This document shows positions 56,911-64,000 of a stretch of 64,000 bases of DNA, one piece after another. Below the pieces are notes generated by a model. The model had not been told where the DNA came from, searched no databases, and saw only the letters and a program-made list of their open reading frames with translations. The translations under genes and the position numbers were made by a program. How positions within the stretch are numbered: position 1 is the first letter of the stretch; each line of letters opens with the position of its first letter. The stretch is from Eledone cirrhosa (taxonomy: Eukaryota). Location: contig OZ024740.1 in NCBI GenBank assembly GCA_964016885.1, forward strand, positions 274,474,001 to 274,538,000. Reading direction: 5' to 3'.

Positions 56911-57139
56911 CATTTATATATACTTACATATATATATATACTTACATATATATATACTTACATATATATATACTTACATATATACATATATATATATGTA
57001 CATACATATATATGTCTCTGATGGTAGCTAAGATGCTTCCATAGTCGGTATGCCGGTTGAGCACTCTATGCTCTTACAGAACAGAGTATGATAGTATATA
57101 TATACATACATATATATATATATACATATACATATATAT

Positions 57140-57450
57140 CACATGGCTTAGTGGTTAGAACATTGGCCTTAATCGAAAGGATGTGAGTTCAATTCTCTGT
57201 TTCCTTGAGCAAGACACTTTATTTCACATTGCTCCAGTTTACTCAGCTGTAGAGATTAGATGGTAGGACTGGGGTCCATATCATTCCACTGCAAAGTGGT
57301 CGTGGAGGTGCCACGGCAAAAAACCACCCAGCACTCACTGTAAATGAGATTGGTGTTAGGAAGGGCATCAATAAATCAAGCCAGCATCAGTTCCCGTCCC
57401 ACCCTTGCAAGCAGGGAAAAAGTGGACGTAAAATGAAATGATGAAATGAT
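57140..57450 (+). mobile_element. SINE family A
   Basis: Matches 12575-12913. Confidence 0.88.
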
Positions 57451-57474
57451 ACATATATACACATATACATAGAC

Positions 57475-57541
<67 letters not shown>

Positions 57542-57666
57542 AATATATATATATTAAGAGAGAGAGAGTGAGAGATAATATAGCATGGAATATCAACTAT
57601 TTTATAAAAGGTCAGAATCATTAAATTAAAAATTAAGAATATATATATGCACATATATAACTTCCC

Positions 57667-57702
<36 letters not shown>

Positions 57703-58489
57703 TAGTAAATTCCTTATATCTCCCTCCTCTCTCTCTCTATCTCACTCACCCTCTCTTTTCCTTGTCCCTATCTGTATTCACACACACACAGACGCACACA
57801 CACACACACACACACACATATATAGTTATACAATACAAAAATCAACTGGAGGATTTATGTGTACCAAAATAAAATAATCTCAAAAAAATCTTCTTTAAAA
57901 TGATAACTCACACGATTGAAATTATTTTCAATTTATGTCTTAAAATTTGCTCAGTTACCACTATTACGAGAATATATTTTTTACTATTTTATGTATCAAT
58001 TATGTTTATTTAACAATTTTTTTTAATAAATAATTATATGATATTGATTCATTGTTTTTGTGCCTTATTTCCGCATACAAAAATTGATATATATTTTGTT
58101 CAATTCTTAATTTCGTTTTTGTATTTTTTAAAAGTATTTGTTGACTTTAATGCAAGTTATTGTTTCCATTTTTCTAGTTTGATGCTTTTACTTTTATAGA
58201 TTTAATACTAGGTAATTATATATATGAACATATGTATGTTTGTTATACTTGCTATCGTGTATACATTATACATATATATATATATGCATATAAATATATG
58301 TATATATATATATATATAAATACATATTTATATATATATAAATGATTAAATTATTACATATATATTTATATTATATATATCTATGCGTAAGTATGCATAA
58401 GTACATATATATAAATATATATTACATACATCTGAATACACACACATATGCATATGTGTGTGTGTATATATATATATATGTATATATAT

Positions 58490-58825
58490 ATCATCATCAT
58501 CATTTTACGTCCGCTTTTCCCTGCTTGCAAGGGTGGGACGGGAACTGATTCTGGCTCGATTTCTACAGCTGGATGCCCTTCCTAACACCAACCTCATTTA
58601 CAGTGAGTGCTGGGTGCTTTTTTGTCGTGGCACCTCCACGACCACTTTGCAGTGGAATGATAGGGAACCCAGTCCCTATCATCTCATTTCTACAGCTGAG
58701 TAAACTGGAGCAATGTGAAATAAAGTGTCTTGCTCAAGGAAACAACACATCACCCGGTCTGAGAATTGAACTCACAACCTTTTGATTGCAAGGCCAATGC
58801 TCTAACCACTAAGCTATGTGCCTCC
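58490..58825 (-). mobile_element. SINE family A, full length. Further copies at 59855-60038 (internally deleted) and 62420-62742
   Basis: Matches 12575-12913. Confidence 0.9.
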
Positions 58826-59541
58826 ATTATATATAAATATATATATAACATGTTGGAACACATAATCATATCTTTATGCATAATATTTTTCATAAACTTT
58901 TGTTGCTTTCATGATTTTTAATATTTGGGTACTTTAAGTTGAGGAAAGAAAAAAAATCACTCTTACTAGCATCAACGATGATAATGATGATGAAAACAAT
59001 AGTTCCAATAAAAGAAAATAATAATAATGATATTCATAATAAATAAATATAATTTAAAATAAACATTTTATAGAATTGTTAACATATATTTATTATCATA
59101 TGTATTTATCAACAGATACATATTTATGTATATAAATATATATATATATTTACATATATCTATATATTTAAAAAGATATATTTACATATATATATTTAGA
59201 TAGATATATTTACATCTATATATATATATGTTTACATATATATATATATATATATAGATAGATATATTCATATATGTATATATAGATAAATATAATATAT
59301 ACTCCAGTCTTACAAACTGTAGAGTGCTACTTATCCGATATCTGCATTGCTTTATTGTACTACAATAAAACTCACCTCCTACATATAGATAAATATATTT
59401 ACATATATATATACATATATATTTACATACATATATACATATATATTTACATACATATATATGTATGTATGTATATATATATATATTTACATAAATATAC
59501 ATATATATATATATGTGTGTATATATATGTACATATTTATA

Positions 59542-59575
<34 letters not shown>

Positions 59576-59576
59576 C

Positions 59577-59667
<91 letters not shown>

Positions 59668-59682
59668 CATATATATATATGC

Positions 59683-59745
<63 letters not shown>

Positions 59746-61004
59746 TATATACATATGTATATATATATACATATATATATATACATACATATATATTTAT
59801 TATATATATATATTTATATATATATATATATATATTTACATATATATATATATATCATCATCATTTCATCATTTCATTTTCCCTGCTTGCAAGGGTGGGA
59901 CGGGAACTGATGCTGGTTCGATTTCTACAGCTGGATGCCCTTCCTAGCACCAATCTCATTTACAGTGAGTTATGGGTGCTTTTTTGCCGTGGCACCTCCA
60001 CGACCACTAATGCTCTAACCACTAAGCCATGTGCCTCCATACATATATATATTTACACACACATATATATATAAATATACATATAATATATATACATATA
60101 TATATAGATATACATATAAATATGTATACATATAAATATTTCCATATATATATATATATTAACATATATTTATACTACATTTTTTTGCTTCATATTTCTT
60201 ACTTCTAGGAAATATTTTAAATATGATAAAGGGAAAAGTAAAGGGTAATATGCAAAGGTGAAATACATAAAACCAACGTAATAGTCATATTTATACATAT
60301 ATTAGCATATGTATTTATTTATCAATTTCGGTTTTCCTCCATTTATCTACTTATTCTTCTCTCTAGTGAGCTAGCAACCTTTCTATCAATTTATTTATGT
60401 CTGTCTGTTCACCTGTCTAGTTATTCATCTACTTTTCTATTTACTACTTGTCTATATGCACACTTATTTGCTCGCATATGTACACATACGTGTATATCTC
60501 CCCCAATTGCCATTTCATTCCTCTCTATATCTATCTATTTATCTATCTATCTGTCTATCTATCTATCTTTCGATTCGTTTTATGTGCCTCACAGCAGTCT
60601 GTCTGTCTGTCTGTATATTTATATTAGTTTCTACTTGTGTGTGTATTTGTGTATGTAACTTTGGATTATGAATCAAAAATATGTTTCCATACCCTACACA
60701 AACTATTTTTGCATTTTTTCCTGTTTTGTTTCACATATTTTACGTAATTTATTTATATATTTCTAAGCACTGGAAAAAATAATAATGTTTAGTTATCACT
60801 AAATTTGACTACAAATTAAGCCAATATAAAGCAAAATGTAACAACACAAAAAATATTCATTCAGTGAATGCATGATATTATAGGTATTTTGTGATATTCA
60901 CTTACGAAATGTGTTTCTCTTGGAAAATTGTTATTGGAAAAATGTCACAGTATCACACTGCACTCGTGCACACATACTCAAACACACACAGCCCTTTCTC
61001 CTCC

Positions 61005-61062
<58 letters not shown>

Positions 61063-61253
61063 ATATATATATATACACACACACATATATATATGTATGC
61101 ATATGTATATTTATATATATATATGCATATATATATGTATATATATGTGTGTGTATTATCAGGAAAATTGCAATGGTGTGTTTTAAAAGATTTATATTTT
61201 ATCATTTTACACTCATATATGACATGCATATATATATATTTCGAAAATATTCT

Positions 61254-61292
<39 letters not shown>

Positions 61293-62924
61293 TATACATA
61301 TATATATACACAAAACAGCCAAAATTGGTATATTAGGTAATGATTTATTCAATCAATTATTTATTTATCTTTTCTTTCCTTTCTTATTTCTTCTTTTATT
61401 ATATTCATGTGAATTTTTTTAGATAAATTCTTACAAATTTTTATATATTTTACTCTTTTATTTGTAGTTATTATATTTTATCAATAATATTCATGTAATG
61501 CGTTTTTTTATGGAGGAAATTCTTTTAAAACTCTTCTCTTCTTTTTGGCTTGCTTTTTAAATCTATTTACTTTTAGTATTTCGGGGGTTTCTGTTTTTGA
61601 GTTCCTATGCTTCTGTTTTCACCGCATTAAATCTTTCCTTCTCCTTTTTTTTTTATTCATCATTATCTTGGACATCATTACAGGCATCAACATTGACATC
61701 ACAGTAAAAAAGAAAGAGTTTAAAAGGTGAAATAATATATTTGTATATATATACATAACAACACTGAAATAGAAATTAGATAGTAATAAGCAACCAGATC
61801 AGAGAAGTTAACAGAATTGAAACAGTTCATTTGACATTTTGAGCTCACTCTTAAAATTTGCTATCTGTGACTCTTTTTGATGGCGAATTCTTAGGGGCAG
61901 AAAAATCGGTTTTATATTACGTATTGTGTTTGTTTTTGTTTTTTTAAATAATGCCATCATTATCAGGCATCACTCTTATTGTCATCATCATTATCACCAT
62001 CATCACCATCTCTATCATTATCCTTATCATTTTCTTTTTCACTGTAGTCACCACCAATATTATGATCATCATCTTCGACATTGTTTTTATTGTTATTATT
62101 ATTCTCATCAGTGACAAATTTACAGATGCAACAAGGCATTTATTTAAATGGTATATTTTTCTGGCTCACAGTGTTCTGAGTTCAAATCCTGCAGAGATAA
62201 ATTTTTACTTACTTTTTTCCAGGGCAGTAAATTGCCACAATGTTTTGCAGTATTTGATCTGGTTCTGTGCATTCTTTTTGCCAGGATCTTTTTGCTGCAA
62301 CCTGCAGATAGCATCAGCAATGGAAACACCAATCAAGTCTGATGAGTGGTTCCTTTCCTTTGTTTATACTCATTATTTCATTCATTATTCTCGTTATTAT
62401 CATCACCATTAACCTTCTCTTCATCATCATCATCATCATCATTTTACGTCCGCTTTTCCCTGCTTGCAAGGGTGGGACGGGAACTGATTCTGGCTTGATT
62501 TCTACAGCTGGATGCCCTTCCTAACACCAGCCTCATTTACAGTGAGTGCTGGGTGCTTTTTTACCGTGGCACCTACCCGTCCACTTTACAGTGGAATTAT
62601 AGGGACCCCAGTCTGAGTAAACTGGAGCAATGTGAAATAAAGTGTCTTGCTCAAGGAAACAACACATCACCCAGTCTGAGAATTGAACTCACAACCTTTC
62701 GATTGCAAGGCCAATGCTATAACCACTAAGCCATGTGCCTCCATTATAATCATCATCATCCTTGATATTGTTATTATCACCATTATCATTGTCTTCATCA
62801 TCAAAATCAGTTTCCTATGGCTCTGGCTCAAGTTTACTTTTATTTCTCCTTTTAAAAGTTAGGTGAACTAATAATCATTTCCAGAATATATAGTATTCAG
62901 TGGATTAGGGATACATTTCCTCTA

Positions 62925-63460
62925 AGTATTCATTCATCAGAAGAAGGGAGATTGGTGTAAAAGCCAAACTCACTATCTTCATTTCGATGTTTGTGCCAAC
63001 CCTTGCCTATGGTCATGAATCTTGTGTTACGAAAGAAAGAATATGATCCTGAATACAAGCAACTGAAATAAGGTTCCTCCAAAGGGTCGTTGAATTAGCA
63101 TTACTTGATAGAGTGTGTAGCTCAGAGATCAGACAATCAATCCAAGTTCCAGGTAGAGTTATTACTTCACTGAATTGAGATCACACATTTCTGATACTAT
63201 AGACAATGTGGTTAGATTATCTCGGGGAAAGAATCACAGGACAGATTTTATGGGCAAAACCAACTAGCATGAGACCCAGTGTTAGACTCTGAACAAGATG
63301 ATTGGATAATATCCATGGGCTCAGCTGGTCTCACTTAGGGATCCAGCTGGATCAATTGGAGACAGTTGCTTCTGACATGACCACCCACTGGAAGACATGC
63401 ATGAGGACTCTGCCCCAATGATCCTACCAGGAATAAGCGACGAAAGGAGAAACACGTTTT
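62925..63460 (+). mobile_element. Old RTE-clade LINE 3' fragment
   Basis: REIGVKAKLTIFISMFVPTLAYGHESC...IQATEIRFLQRV...LDRVCSSEIRQ, the post-RT RTE pattern (YGxEsW, EMRFLRR, DRxRS). Confidence 0.75.
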
Positions 63461-64000
63461 TTTTTATACTGGATGAATTAAGCTCAAATTTGCTGGACAT
63501 GATCACTTGTATAGGAAAAAATATGTTATGGGGTTCCAGCCCCTCCCATTTTGAATACATATCCTAATGATGTCAGTTTTATCATTTATCCTTCTAAGTG
63601 TGATAAATGAAATACCAGTGTAAAGTGGTGGGGATGTGTGCTCACTAATGTGCCAGACTGGCTGGCTTATGATATTTGTTTTGGCTTTTTCTGAGTTCAA
63701 CACTTCAATCTTGTGTAACTGTGTGTGTTTGTGTATATGTGTGTGTGTTTGTGTGTGTAAATATGACATATATCTATTTCAGCATATCTATTCAAGGATA
63801 TCTCTATGTATTGTGACATTTGTATTTTAGTGTGTAAAATAATATGCTATATAATCATTTGTGCATACCTGTATGCCTGAGTATGTATGCATATCTAGGC
63901 TCATACGCATGTATGCATGCATGTATTCATAAGTTTGTGCGTGTATATGTGCATGTGGGAGTGCATGTGTATGTGTGTGTATTTGTTTGTGAGTTTTTAT

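Overview
AT-rich eukaryotic intergenic or intronic DNA. The repeat landscape suggests a cephalopod such as Octopus; this is an inference, not a database result. No host protein-coding exon could be supported. Almost all long ORFs in the track are (TA)n/(CA)n/(GA)n microsatellite read-through. The window is a mosaic of: (i) many Penelope-like retroelement (PLE) insertions in (TA)n tracts, including four decayed Hydra-clade-like RT+GIY-YIG copies, Neptune/Nematis-like GIY-YIG copies and many non-coding fold-back mini-elements; (ii) about 20 hammerhead ribozyme (HHR) motifs, intact or decayed, read by eye; (iii) RTE-clade LINE fragments, some with a PHD-like Cys cluster, and their partner tRNA-derived SINEs; (iv) Meta-domain SINEs, hAT and piggyBac-type MITEs and a mariner relic. 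Most interesting: a 512-nt tandem non-coding unit with an apparently new HHR topology and a covarying loop-loop pseudoknot (39.6-40.3 kb); a bulged stem-loop (YACTC-stem-loop-stem-TN-GAGTR) conserved with covariation across unrelated PLE termini, just beyond where the short inverted arms end; fold-back arms starting at predicted HHR cleavage sites; and a U3-A8 core HHR variant. All structures were paired by hand and none has been computed or tested. Element boundaries are approximate.
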